A stretch of DNA of 64,000 bases from Geosiphon pyriformis uo1 (lineage: Eukaryota; Fungi; Glomeromycota). Where the stretch lies: assembly GCA_016748015.1 (NCBI GenBank), contig JAAOMT010000213.1, positions 464,485 to 528,484 on the forward strand. The letters run 5' to 3'. Shown here piece by piece: positions 37,030 through 48,700 of the stretch (the first letter of the stretch is position 1; every line of letters begins with the position of its first letter). The notes beneath the pieces were generated by a model that was given only the letters and a program-made list of their open reading frames with translations, searched no databases and was not told the DNA's origin. Both the position numbers and the translations under genes were made by a program.

Positions 37030-38609
37030 CCATCTATATTCTGGAAGATACCATCATTGGATACCTCGGAATGGAGCTAGAAAATGCATCAACACCACAA
37101 AAAATTCTAAATTTCCCAGAAATCGCCCTCTACTGTAAACTCACTTTAATAAATTGGCAACAACTGTTGGAATGCTATCAATTTATGACAGAAAAATTAA
37201 CCAAATTAAACATTGGAACAATGAATCCTGACCAACAGCGACAATTAAAAGCATTAGTTTTAAAATACTCTGATATATTTTCATGAAATGACAAATTTGG
37301 AAGAACCAACTTGGTTCAACACCAAATCTCCACTGGAGACACCAGACCTGAAAAACAATGCACTTACCATGTTCCACCAATGGAACATAATTTTATCAAA
37401 GAAGAAGTCCAAAGCATGTTAGAAAAAGAAATAATACAACTATCAATGAGCCTATGATCTTCACCAGTTGTTTTAGTAAGGAAAAGGAACGGAAAAATTA
37501 GATTTTATGTCGACTATTGCAAACTAAACAGCAAAACAACCAAAAACTCATACCCAATACCATTAATTGACAAAATCTTTGACATTTTTGGAGGAGCAAA
37601 ATGGTTTTCTACACTGGACTTAACCAGTAGGTACTGGCAAGTGGAAATGGACCCAAAAGACAGGCATAAAACAGCATTCACAACACAAAATAGCAATTAT
37701 GAGTTCAATGTAATGCCATTTGGATTAACAAATGCTCCCGTGACATTCCAAAGACTAATAGATGTAATTTACTCCAGAATCCTGTGGCAATCTGTTGTTG
37801 TCTACTTGGATGATACAAATGTTTTCTTGTCAAAATTCACAGATCATCTCCAACATTTACAACAAGTTTTTAAGAGATTGAGACATGCTGGACTTAAACT
37901 AAATCTAGAAAAATGTTTCTTTGGGAAAAATGAGCTAGTATTTTTAGAACACGTAGTTGGAAAAGATGAAATAAAACCAGATCCATCAAAAATAGATAAA
38001 GTAAAAAATTTTCCAGTATTTCAAAACGTTTCAGAAGTTAGAAGCTTTTTAGGACTCACATCTTACTACTGCTGCTTTGTAGAAAACTTTTCAAACATCA
38101 CCAAACCTCTTAATTATCTACTATCCAAAAATGTGAAGTTTGAATGAACTAAAGCACAACAAAAAGCTTTTGAGTACCTTAGACAAAAGCTCATTGAATC
38201 ACCAATAATGATTTATCCGAATTTCAACAAGAAATTTATTTTGGCCACAGATGTCTCTAGAACTGGACTTGGAGCCATTCTGTCACAAAAAAATGATAAT
38301 GAAAGAGAACATGTAATTGCTTATGCCAGCAGAAGTCTCAGTACGGCAGAGCAAAACTATGCAGCACATGAACTTGAATGCTTAGCAGTAGTCTGGAGTT
38401 GTGTTCATTTTAACACATATTTATGATACCAACCCTTTGAGATTACCACAGATTATAGAGGTCTGGTCTGGTTAAATAACAAGAAAGCGCTAAAAGAAAA
38501 ATATGCCAGATGGTTACAAACGTTAGCATCATACAATTATATTATCAAATACAAAGAAGGTACCAAAAATGCTAATGCTAACTGTTTGTCAAGAATGAGA
38601 CATACATAA
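37030..38609 (+). pseudogene. pol: Element B Pol, 3' part (RT, RNase H)
   Basis: FSTLDLTSRYWQ, MPFGLTNAP, VYLDDT, LATDVS, AYASRSL; ends CLSRMRHT*. Confidence 0.92.
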
Positions 38610-38638
38610 AAATCACCAACCCACCCGCCACAACAATA

Positions 38639-38791
38639 ATGAACATAATAACAACCAACAGTATTGAATGATTTACCAACTCACAATTTTAAAAATTACA
38701 ACAACAAATTAATAACACAGTATTGAACCACTATAGTAACTTAGAATTTAATGAAGAAATTAACTTCAATTTTGATGGAACTCAATCTTAA
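38639..38791 (+). pseudogene. Residual ORF of B: integrase-type start fused to the last ~45 codons of ORF3
   Basis: MNIITTNSIE*FTNSQF*KLQQQINNTVL...FDGTQS* aligns with the ORF3 C-termini of A and E; integrase absent. Confidence 0.6.
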
Positions 38792-38804
38792 AAGGAGTAG
38801 ATAA

Positions 38805-39678
38805 TATTATGGTTTAAGAATTTAGCAAAAGAATCATAAAAATAATATAAACTATTCAATCATAATATAGCACAGTAATAATCTTAGAAAGGTAATAATT
38901 AACATAGTAGCAAACACCATCTTGCGATAGTGGCAAGCACCAGTTCACAATAGTAGCTAATACCAACTGGTGATAGTAGCAAACACCAAGTTGAAATATC
39001 AAAAAAAAGTATTACAATATGTTTTCTCATAGAACTACAAACATGTATATATACAGTAGCTTTAATATTGAAAAAAGTCAATCAAGTAATAAAAATCATA
39101 ACTTATCAAGCAATAAATCCAATTTATCCAACAAACTCCACTTTAAATCATACCTTTAAATTAAATATTCCAAAAAACCTTTAAATCAAAAAAAAAATGA
39201 AAAAGAATATTTAAAACTAAATTATTACAACCCCAAAGTAGTAAGAAACTCATTTGTGTTAATTATTGAATGAAACTATCATTTATCAGTTGAATTCCTT
39301 GGAAAAATAATTCCTGATCAAGATTATTCATGTTGTTACTAATTGATAAAAGCTTTATTGTAAGAATTAGGAAAAGTGCTAAAGACCATTAACATTCTGT
39401 GTTTCTAGATTAGAGAAACACATCAGGCAATTGCAAGGATAGTCTCAGAGAAAATCCCAGACAGCAGGTAGATTTCAGTTCAGCTTCTGAGAAGAAATAC
39501 ATAAACACACACAACAATCAGGAATTAAAAAATAACTTACATCACAACACTAAAGAGAAAGTCTTCAGTATAACAGTGCCATTATCACACAAATAGAATT
39601 AAGAAACTCACAAGAGACTGATTGCAATTAAAACAGTATATTGGCAATTAAATATAACAAGAAAACCATCTCGTAACA
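38805..39678 (+). repeat. 3' LTR of element B
   Basis: TATTA (decayed TGTTA)...TAACA; repeat of 22025-22891. Confidence 0.93.
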
Positions 39679-39682
39679 GCAC

Positions 39683-39757
39683 CTAGTTTAGGTTATTTGT
39701 ATGATGTATTGTATTAGGTGACATTTGGACCTCATTCGTAATACAATAAAAAAAAAG
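39683..39757 (+). other. Distal LINE 3' UTR and poly(A) tail
   Basis: Continues 21969-22024 after the TSD GCAC; ends AATAAA-A(n). Confidence 0.8.
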
Positions 39758-41427
39758 ATTACTATAATTAATTATAATGAAGTTAATATTAGAGTCTTTA
39801 AAATTTTTGATTTTTTTAAACTGTTTTAGTTAATAGTTTTAAAAGTCAGACAAAACTTGCTGTTAATTTATCTATTAATTATTTACTTGGATTTTAAACA
39901 TAAGTAGTAAATAATACAAAAACTAATTGAAAAGAAAAAGTAAAAATAAAAACAGCTATTAAAAAAATAATTATGTTTTCTAAGTATATTTGTTAATTGT
40001 TTTTAATTTTTTGTGCTATTTCTATTGTTGAATTTAAGATGAAATTATTTTTGATAACAAAAAAAAACCATATAACATAAAATAAGTTTGTTCTTAATTT
40101 TTTCATAAATAAATATATTTTTTGTTCTTTTGTCTAATTTTTTTTTAAGTTAATTCGTTTTATTAATTTTTTAATTGTTTTAACATATTTAGTAATACTT
40201 TTTTTAAAATTTTGTACTCTTTTTCAATTTTATTTTTCATTTAATATTAATATTACAATATAAAATTTTTCTTTAAATCTGGTGATAAAGAAAGTTATAT
40301 TTTGTTTAATATTTTTAGGTAATCATTAAATTATTTGTTGAATAGCTATATTATTGATTTTTTGAATAAATTATATAGCAGAAGATTTTTGGACCTATTT
40401 TTTTACTATTTAAAACTTATATTTATTATTGTATATATTTGTTGTAACAGTTTTTTTAAAGTTTTTAAACTGTTTTAAGAGTTTTTTCTAAACAAAAATA
40501 AAGAACTTATGTTTTTTCAACTTAAAATAATTTGCATGTTTTATTTTATGTTATAACTAAAGTAGATGTTTAAGATAAAAAGTTTAAATTATTTGAAAAA
40601 AATTTAAAACCAGATACTGTTTGATAACTTTTTTTATTTTTGGTTTTTAAAGAAGTTTCAATTTGTTAATAAGTATTTATTTAAGTATAAATTTGTTGAT
40701 TTAAGATTTTGAATTCAAAAAAAAGTTGATTAAAAATAATTAAAAATAATTATTAGTTAATATAATTGTCTTAAGTTTCAAAGTTTTTTTTAAAATATGC
40801 TTTATTAAAGAAATAAATAGTATATACTAAGTAAATTTCAGCTGAATATTTAATTGAAAACCAATTCCAGAAATTTTGGAATTCTCAACTAGACTGTTTT
40901 TTAACCAGAAAACAAATAAAGTAAGATAAAAAAAGATTAAGTTTAATATAGACTAGATTATTTTAATTGTGTACTATAAAGTAATTTTGTGTTTATATTA
41001 TTAAAAAAAAGTAATTGTTTATATAATACTAGATAATTTAAGAATTTAACACCTTATAAAGAACACCACTTTTATGTTATGATTAGATTAACAAGCTAAC
41101 AAATAACAAAAAAAAACAGTATTATATAATAATAAAATAATTAAAAAAGTAATTCAACTTTAATAAATGAATTAAATTAGTAAAAATTTAATATATAAGA
41201 TCAATCTTATAAATATTTTAGTCATTATTTTTTCCAAAAAGTAATAAAAAAATTTAAAAATAGAGAAATAGTATGTACTATTAACAAAAGATAACACATT
41301 AATATAATTTTATCTCTTATATTAGCACTTTTAAAATTCAATATTAAATAAATTAAGTTAAATAAAAAAAGCTAAAATAAAATATAATTTATAAAGTTTA
41401 GCAATAAAACTATCTAAATATTGACTA

Positions 41428-41763
41428 TTTTTTTTTTTATTTGCTTAATGAGTGCAGCCCAAAAACAATCTAATATTATACACCAAAAAAATGATCTAAA
41501 CTAGATGTTAATCATGTGCTTTCTATACATGACTAGTTACTTGGACCAATCAAGGACACACTATGTTGAAACAATAGGATGTGGAAATAATCCCAACCCA
41601 CAAATTTTTTTAATAACACCATTCAGATTTCTAGAATCAAAAATAAACTCACTAAGAAATAATCTAGTAGATTCAACACTACTCTTAACCTCAGTACTCG
41701 ACATCTGCCACAAAGCTATAACATGCTCAACAGTGTTCTTACTTAAGAGAGAAGACTTGGTGG
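41428..41763 (-). mobile_element. 3' end of a second LINE-related element (poly(A), shared 3' UTR, different terminal ORF)
   Basis: Poly(T) at 41428-41438; minus strand gattggtccaagtaactagtcatgtatagaaagcacatgattaacatctagtttag resembles the 3' UTR of the big LINE; upstream ORF ends ...GLGLFPHPIVST*. Confidence 0.7.
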
Positions 41764-42815
41764 TGTTACCCGAGTAGAAAAACCGATCCAAAGTTATGAA
41801 GAAACATGACCAGAATGTGACATAACACAGAATAGCATGCAATAATGTTGAATAATGCATTATAACTTAGGATAGCATGCAATAATATTGAATAATGTGT
41901 TATAACTTAGGATAGTGCAAGATAATGTGTTACAACATGGGATAATACAGAATAACACTAGATAACGTGTTATAACATAGAATAACTAGTAATAACATAG
42001 AAAAACAAAGCAATAACAGAAATAACAAAACAATAGTTAGCAATAATGAAACAATCAGAAACAATCCTGTAAAACCAAAAGAATGTATAAAAGCGAGTAG
42101 TAATAAAAGATAGAAAAAAAGACAGATAGATATGAACCACTAGACAAGAAACAAATATCCATCACCCCTCCTCATTTATTATATTTCCATATTCATCTTC
42201 TAAAATAAATCAATTATCAAAGAAATCAGAATCACGAATTCATGTTCTTGAACTGTGTGAGATTTATGTAAATTAACCATTGTTTTGTATCTTTGTTTTA
42301 GGACAGATGCTCTTAGCATAACTGCCTTAGACTATTAATAATTTGAACCAATCACTCTTGATCATGGCAATTGACGATACTAATTTATTTATTTATTTTC
42401 TTTTTTTTTCTTTTTTTCTTATTTTTTTTTGTGGAATGGCAACATAGTAAAATTGACTATCTGGAAATAAACTTTGTGATAGTTTGATAAAAAAGGGAGG
42501 CTCTTCCTAGGTTTTGGATATTAACATTATCTTGTTAGCTTACCAAAAGGGTGAAAAAACACCACCAGACCCTAATAACTGTGTTTGTTAGCTCAGAGAA
42601 GAAAGCTTACATTTATGGAAGACATTGCAATTGACAAAAGACAAACTCTGTGTCTTATAATCAAAGAACTCAACAGGTAGATTTACATCCAGAAATAGAT
42701 CTTCAAAGACTGATAATCAAGATTAAGCCAACAGAATTACACAGAAGATGTATTACCAATAATTGAGAGCACCAAACATTATCATTTCTATTATCTACCA
42801 AGTTTACTCATAACA
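41764..42815 (+). repeat. 5' LTR of element D
   Basis: TGTTA...TAACA; ~10-bp ataacacag/ataacatag array at ~41810-42060; TATAAAA at 42086. Confidence 0.93.
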
Positions 42816-42876
42816 TTTGGTGCTTTCTGTGAGATTATAAATTCACAGAAACAGAGCACCCCAGAAATACACAAAA

Positions 42877-44863
42877 GTGGTGACTATTGGAACAGTAGAA
42901 AAAGACTACTCTCCATATGAAAAAGCACTATTTCAATACTTTTGAAAAAACCTAAGAATATCAGCAGAAACTGCTTATACAGAAAGTGATTTTTGTAACT
43001 ATATTAATGCAAAAATTGACTGCTTATTAGGCCACACAACTGACACAGGAAGACTGGGAGAACAAATCCATCAAAGCTTATTAGGGTACTCAACAGCCAC
43101 AACCATCCAAGCAATCACTAAAACTCTGCGCATAATCAATACAGACATTAAATATTACATGGCAAAATGATTCTCTCAAATACAACAACCAGTGGAATCT
43201 GATCCTGAGGAATATGAAGATGAATCCAACAACTTCATAACTGTCCAAGCCAAGTTCATGGTCAACAAGAAACCAAGATTCCTTTCCCCAACAACTCCAT
43301 CATACTATCAGACATTTCAAAGTAGAATTGTATTCAACTCACTCCCGGAAACTCAGTTAGAAACACCACAAACTCCTGAAAATCCATACTCTTGGAATCA
43401 ACATAGTTGGACCAAATCATTAGGAGAATATGGATTGTTGTTTGGAAATCTCTCTCCAACATTTAACAAAACAGACAGCAATACGTTGACATGGGAACCA
43501 CCACCAACCCAACTATTGACCGAATTATCAGCCACGCCCTCTAAAGAAACAGCTATTCTCTAGCCCATTGAGAAAATTAACAAAGGGAAACAACCAGAAT
43601 TAGCACCAGGAGAACACTCTAACATGCAAACACCAAACCCTTTAGCATCAATCAGTAAAACTCCACCTACCCACCAGATCATGGCTTACCGAAATATTGC
43701 CAAATTAGAAAAATTTTCTGGTGAAGAAGATGATGCATATATATGGATTGTGAAAGCTGAAAAAGCCATTACCGCCAACAATTGGGATAATGATAGAACC
43801 ATTCAAGCATTGCCATTCTTTCTGACTGAAACCACAGACTCATGATATCAAAGTCTTGCAGAGAAACCAACTGACTTCGCCGCCTTTAAACTTGCCTTTC
43901 TGCAATACTTCTATAACTCTAACACTCTCATCAGATTACAAAATCAGTTCAGTATCATAAAACAAAAAAACCACAAAACAGTAACCACTTATCTTGGATG
44001 ATTCAACCAAATCCTTCATCAAATCCAGGCCATTAAAAGGGATTACTACACTGTAGTGCAAATCTTTAACTAATTCATCAAAGGATTAAAAAGCAGTCTT
44101 TTCTGATCCATAAAATCCCACCACCCAACAAACCTATAAGAAGCAGTTACTCTTGCTTATGACTTTAAGTCAGCAGAATAAGAGGCTAACTATACTTAAG
44201 CCATTAACCTGGCTATTAATAGAACATCTAATATCGACACAAAAATAACTCAATTAAGTGAGAAATTAACTCAGAAAATTAAGGGATTTTTAGCCAGTAC
44301 CATAAGATCCTACCAACCACCACAACGAAAAGATAGTGATAACACCAGATACCAATAACAACAGAATCACCAACAACAACAACAATCTTAGAGATCCAAT
44401 CCCCACAATTGTTACTATTGCCAGAAACTTGGACATATCATTCAGAACTGCCGTAAGAAAGTAATAAACCAAAATTAAGAAAATTAATATCAGCACTTGA
44501 AATACCCTCAAAACATGGTATTTCAATACTCCATGCCTCAATATCAACTGCCTCAATACTTACAACAAATGCAGTATACCCAGCAACTGCCTCAGACCTA
44601 CTACTAGTCTTTACAGCCAATGGTTCAAGCAGCACCCCAGTACCAAAACCCCATTAATAGCCAACCTAAGCATTATGTGATTGATTACAACCAAGAATGG
44701 AGGAACCCCAGCAACAATCAGAGACCAACTAACAGTGTACCATCACGATTCCTAAATTGTAGTAATGCCCTGTTTTGACCAGCACCAACTGGATACCCTA
44801 AACAAGCCTCATATTTTGGTCTTACTGAAATCAAGATTTTTATAGTTCTACATCTTTAGAAGA
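42877..44863 (+). pseudogene. gag: Element D Gag (GUG-opened extension, capsid ATG at 43681, CCHC knuckle)
   Basis: AAAGTGG; MAYRNIAKLEKFSGEEDDAY; CYYCQKLGHIIQNC. Confidence 0.88.
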
Positions 44864-45708
44864 TGTTACTCATAGAAAAAAAAAACAGATATAGGAAAAT
44901 AAGAGACCAATAGGAGAATAGTAGTTAGCACATAAGCACATTGCTTAGCAATGTGAAGCAATGTCAGAAATCACAGCACATCACTTAGCAATATGGAGCA
45001 ATGTCAAGAAAATATGGCACATTGCTTAGCAATGTGAGCATTGCTTGAGAAATTATAGCACATTGCTTGAGAATGTGAGTGATTTCGTAGAACCCAAATT
45101 ATGTATATATAGTGGTAGCATTAGAAGTAAAAAAAAACAGACCTCTTAGTTTAGATATGATCTAAGCAACTTTCTATTCACAAATATCAATAAATAATTA
45201 TTTACCATTTTAATCTACTTTCCACTATCAACACTTCATGTTAATAGTAAGTGATACTTAACCACATGAGAACAATAGCTCTTGATCATGGCTATTGATG
45301 GGATACTAACTTGCAATTGCTTTTATTTATTTCTTTATTTTCTTTTCTTTTATTTTCTTTGTTTTGTTATTTCATTGGTTTTACTAAACTGATTAAAAAT
45401 TAAGTGTTAAGTTATTGACATCAAGGATAGCCTGGTAAAAGACCCTAAAGGAAGGATATAGGAATTGAAAATTTAAGGATAGCTTACCAGAAGAGCATCT
45501 CTGCCAAGATTACCAGCCACCATGCTGAGAAAGAAATTTGATGGAATTGCAATTCCGGGAGGCTATGAGAAAGACAACACTTGAATCTCTGTCTATTATA
45601 CAAAAGACTCCACAACAAAATTTTCAGATAGTGACACCAGAATACCAACCCAGCACCAAGTTACAGATTTGTTATTTGACTTAAGACTCCAAATAATTAT
45701 CTGTAATA
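44864..45708 (+). repeat. 5' LTR of element E
   Basis: TGTTA...TAATA; ~40-bp units with the palindrome CACATTGCTyAGCAATGTG; TATATATA at 45104; AATAAA ~45189. Confidence 0.93.
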
Positions 45709-45771
45709 TTTGGTGCTTCCTGTAAGGTATAATCCTACAGAGAACCAGCACCAACTACACTCATCCCAAAA

Positions 45772-48700
45772 GTGGCAGAATCAGAAAGTATAGGAGCAAA
45801 CCATTTAGGATTCACAAAATCTTTATTTCAACACTACTGTCAACACTTAGAATTAAACCAAAATCATATATCAGCAGAATTAGCCTTCAATTTCTATGTC
45901 AACAAGAGAATTGCATATTTGTTAGGAACATCAGTAAACACTAAATCAGCAAAAGAAACTTTTTATCATGAATTAATCCAAAACACCAGTCTACCAACAA
46001 ATTATAATTTTGCATCTATCATTACTGAGATTAATAAAGAAATTGAACATCACACACAACAAAAATATCCAATCACTTATGCTAGTAAAGGCAAAAGAAA
46101 ATTACAAACACCAGCAGTGACACCAAAACAAATACAACCACCCACTTGAAAGAAAACCAGAGTTGAATCACCAACAAATCCATCATACCACTATACACCT
46201 AAAAGCACTATCAACATCACATCAACAGGCGTGTCCACATCACACTCGACATCAACTTTTGAACGATTCCCATTTCAGAGTAAACAAAGGAAAGAAGATC
46301 TTTTAGAACCATACAGCATGTATTTTGAAGGATTTAAGTCCTGATTGCCAATGCTATTAGGACTTCAATCTCCACCACTCCAACCAGATTTCAGAACCAT
46401 GAGTCCCTGGAAAGTAATGGAATCGGAAGAAGAACAAAAAGAAGAAGAAGAATCTAAAGATCAAGAATTTACTTACCAGAACCCGATCCCAGAGAACCCA
46501 AACATTGAAACCCTGAATTTCCAGACTCAACAAAATTTAAATTTAGAAAATCCGGAAATTGAAACTCCGAATTTTTAAATGCAGCCAAATCAGAATGACC
46601 GAAACCCTGACTTAATTATTCAACAAAACTTACTTTCTGGAATTATTATTAATCAACTACTAGCTGAATCCATATAACAGCCATCTCAACAACCACTTCA
46701 ACAAATTCATTAGTCATCTGTACCACAACAATAACAACAAATGGCATATACACCAATTGCAAAGCTTGATAAATTCACTGGCGAAGAAGATGACACCCAA
46801 GTCTGGCTGAATGATGTAGCTAAAGCAATTACAACCAATAACTGGGACAATGCTAAAGCTATGCAAGCAATTCTCTACTTTCTTCAAGACACCACTGATA
46901 CATGGTACCAAAGCCTTGCCATCAAACCCCAAAATTTTAATGAATTCAAAACCAAATTTTTGAAGTACTTTAGTAACAATAATAGCATCAACAAGTTAGC
47001 CAACACCTTCATCACAATCAAACAAGAGGAAACTGAAGCAGTTACCACTTACTTGGAATGGTTTCACAGGAACCTACGCCAAATTCAAGCGATCCAAGCT
47101 GACTATTTTACAGCACCACAAATTCTAAACCAGTTCATCCATGGGTTATGCAGTAGCATTCTTCAACATGTACACTTAGTGCACCCACAAACTTTCCAGG
47201 ACACAGTTACCAATGCATGAAATTTCGAAGCAGCTGAACTAGAAGCCAATCATGCTCAAGCCGTAAATTTGGTTATAAATGGATCATTTGAATTGGATTC
47301 CAAATTGAAACAATTCAGTGATTCAATTAATCAGAAATTGGAAGGATACTTAGCTAACAATTACACAATATATCAACCATCACAATAATGTAATAATTCC
47401 GAAAACACAGATCGTTTCCAGAATCAGTCACATCTAACATCCTCAACCAATCAACAGTAGCAGTAGGAAATGCGTATTTGCCACTATTGTGATAAACAAG
47501 GACATTTGCAATTTGAATGTCGAAAAAGAATAAGTGACCAGAGATCAGTTAATCAGTATCGAAACTCTGATCACCGACTACAAACTCAGAATTATGTCAG
47601 TAATCAATTAAATCCAGCTCTATATCAACAAGATTACCTACCTATAATGCAGCCAATATATTAAACACCAATGATGTAGCAATTATACTCACCTCCAGTC
47701 TATCAGCCTCCAGCAGCAATTTATCAACTGCAGTCTTAACCCAATTATCAGCTGCAGTTTCAGATAAATTATCTGCCCCAACAACATCAAACACCACCAC
47801 AGAACTTACCTTAAAACAGAACTCAAAGACTGAGATTAACACAGCAAAGCTGGAGATTGTCAATGCTAGTCCATTAACTGATCCCCAGTTCCACAGCACA
47901 ACCATCAGGATCTCGACCATGGAATTTGGGCACCAGATATGCCCAAAACCCAAATTCCCGGAACTATTTAAGTCTCCTGGTTACCCCAGAAGATGCCTCA
48001 CCCAATAATCTGAAAACCAACCAAAAACAATCACTTACCAACAACATACCTCCAGCCACTGTCATCAACAACGAATCACTAGCAGCAATTTTTCCATTTA
48101 AACTTGAAAAAACTACACCAGTTCTATTATTTAGTGAAGCTGTTCTTGACACTAAACCAATCACCACTATGTACACTAATGTTAAAGTTGATGGCCACTT
48201 CATCAAACTGATCTTAGATAGTGAATCAGCTGGCAGTATTATTACAAAGCAACTCATGGACCAATTAGGTTGCTGAGTTGATTGCACTGCCAGTGCCAGA
48301 ATCATAACTGCTGATGGAGCAACCAAAACTCCCATTAGTGAGATTGATGACTTCTTTATAGAAGTCAATAGCATTATCATACCAATCAAAGTATTTGTCA
48401 TGGAAGCCACCCAATACCAAGCACTTATTAGTAATGATTAGCTATTTAAAACCAATGCATCGCTTGATTGGAATACACAGGAGCTTCAAATCAGCCAGAA
48501 CGGACAACACACATGTGTACCAGCCATATGTGGCCATTTTACAACCACTAACTCAACAGCACCACTTATAGAATTCGAAGAAGAAAAAGAAAAACCTACC
48601 TGGGAAGCTTATCAAGTGTTTTGAACTGACAAAAAACACAACAAGCTGCTGCCAGTACCTTCATAGAACGACAATAACAGGAAAGGAAAGAAAAGAGAAG

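Larger units (their letters stand above)
22025..39678 (+). mobile_element. LTR retrotransposon B (integrase-less), inserted in the LINE 3' UTR and interrupted by C
   Basis: LTRs 22025-22891 and 38805-39678; perfect TSD GCAC; PBS TGGTGAACC at 22894; PPT ~38790-38804. Confidence 0.93.
5564..39757 (+). mobile_element. Full-length non-LTR retrotransposon (LINE with APE endonuclease, RT and RNase H), interrupted by LTR elements A and B
   Basis: ORF1 and ORF2 remnants; sequence resumes across both insertions; ends in AATAAA plus poly(A) at 39745-39757; candidate TSD AAGATTGC (5556-5563) / AAGATTAC (39756-39763). The 5' boundary is less certain. Confidence 0.85.

Noticed and set aside
41505-41860. 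ORFs 41505-41777 and 41561-41860 as host genes (likewise 54949-55446 and 60367-60666)
   Set aside because: They cross LTR boundaries and are chimeric products of element junctions.
44925-45085. CRISPR-like array of palindromic repeats
   Set aside because: No unique spacers and no cas genes; it is duplicated in both LTRs as a U3 tandem repeat.
45247-45426. Intron in U5 (GTAAGT, TACTAAC, T-rich tract)
   Set aside because: The donor is not conserved in the F and solo copies, and the T-rich tract may be a polyadenylation element; unsupported without transcripts.
45711-45754. tRNA gene (ends in CCA, has stems)
   Set aside because: Only ~44 nt with no D, anticodon or T-loop consensus; explained as PBS plus anti-PBS.
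47964-48410. Recurrent antisense ORFs opposite the protease (also 14233-14451, 24899-25183)
   Set aside because: They are shadows of the sense frame with no conserved start or stop.
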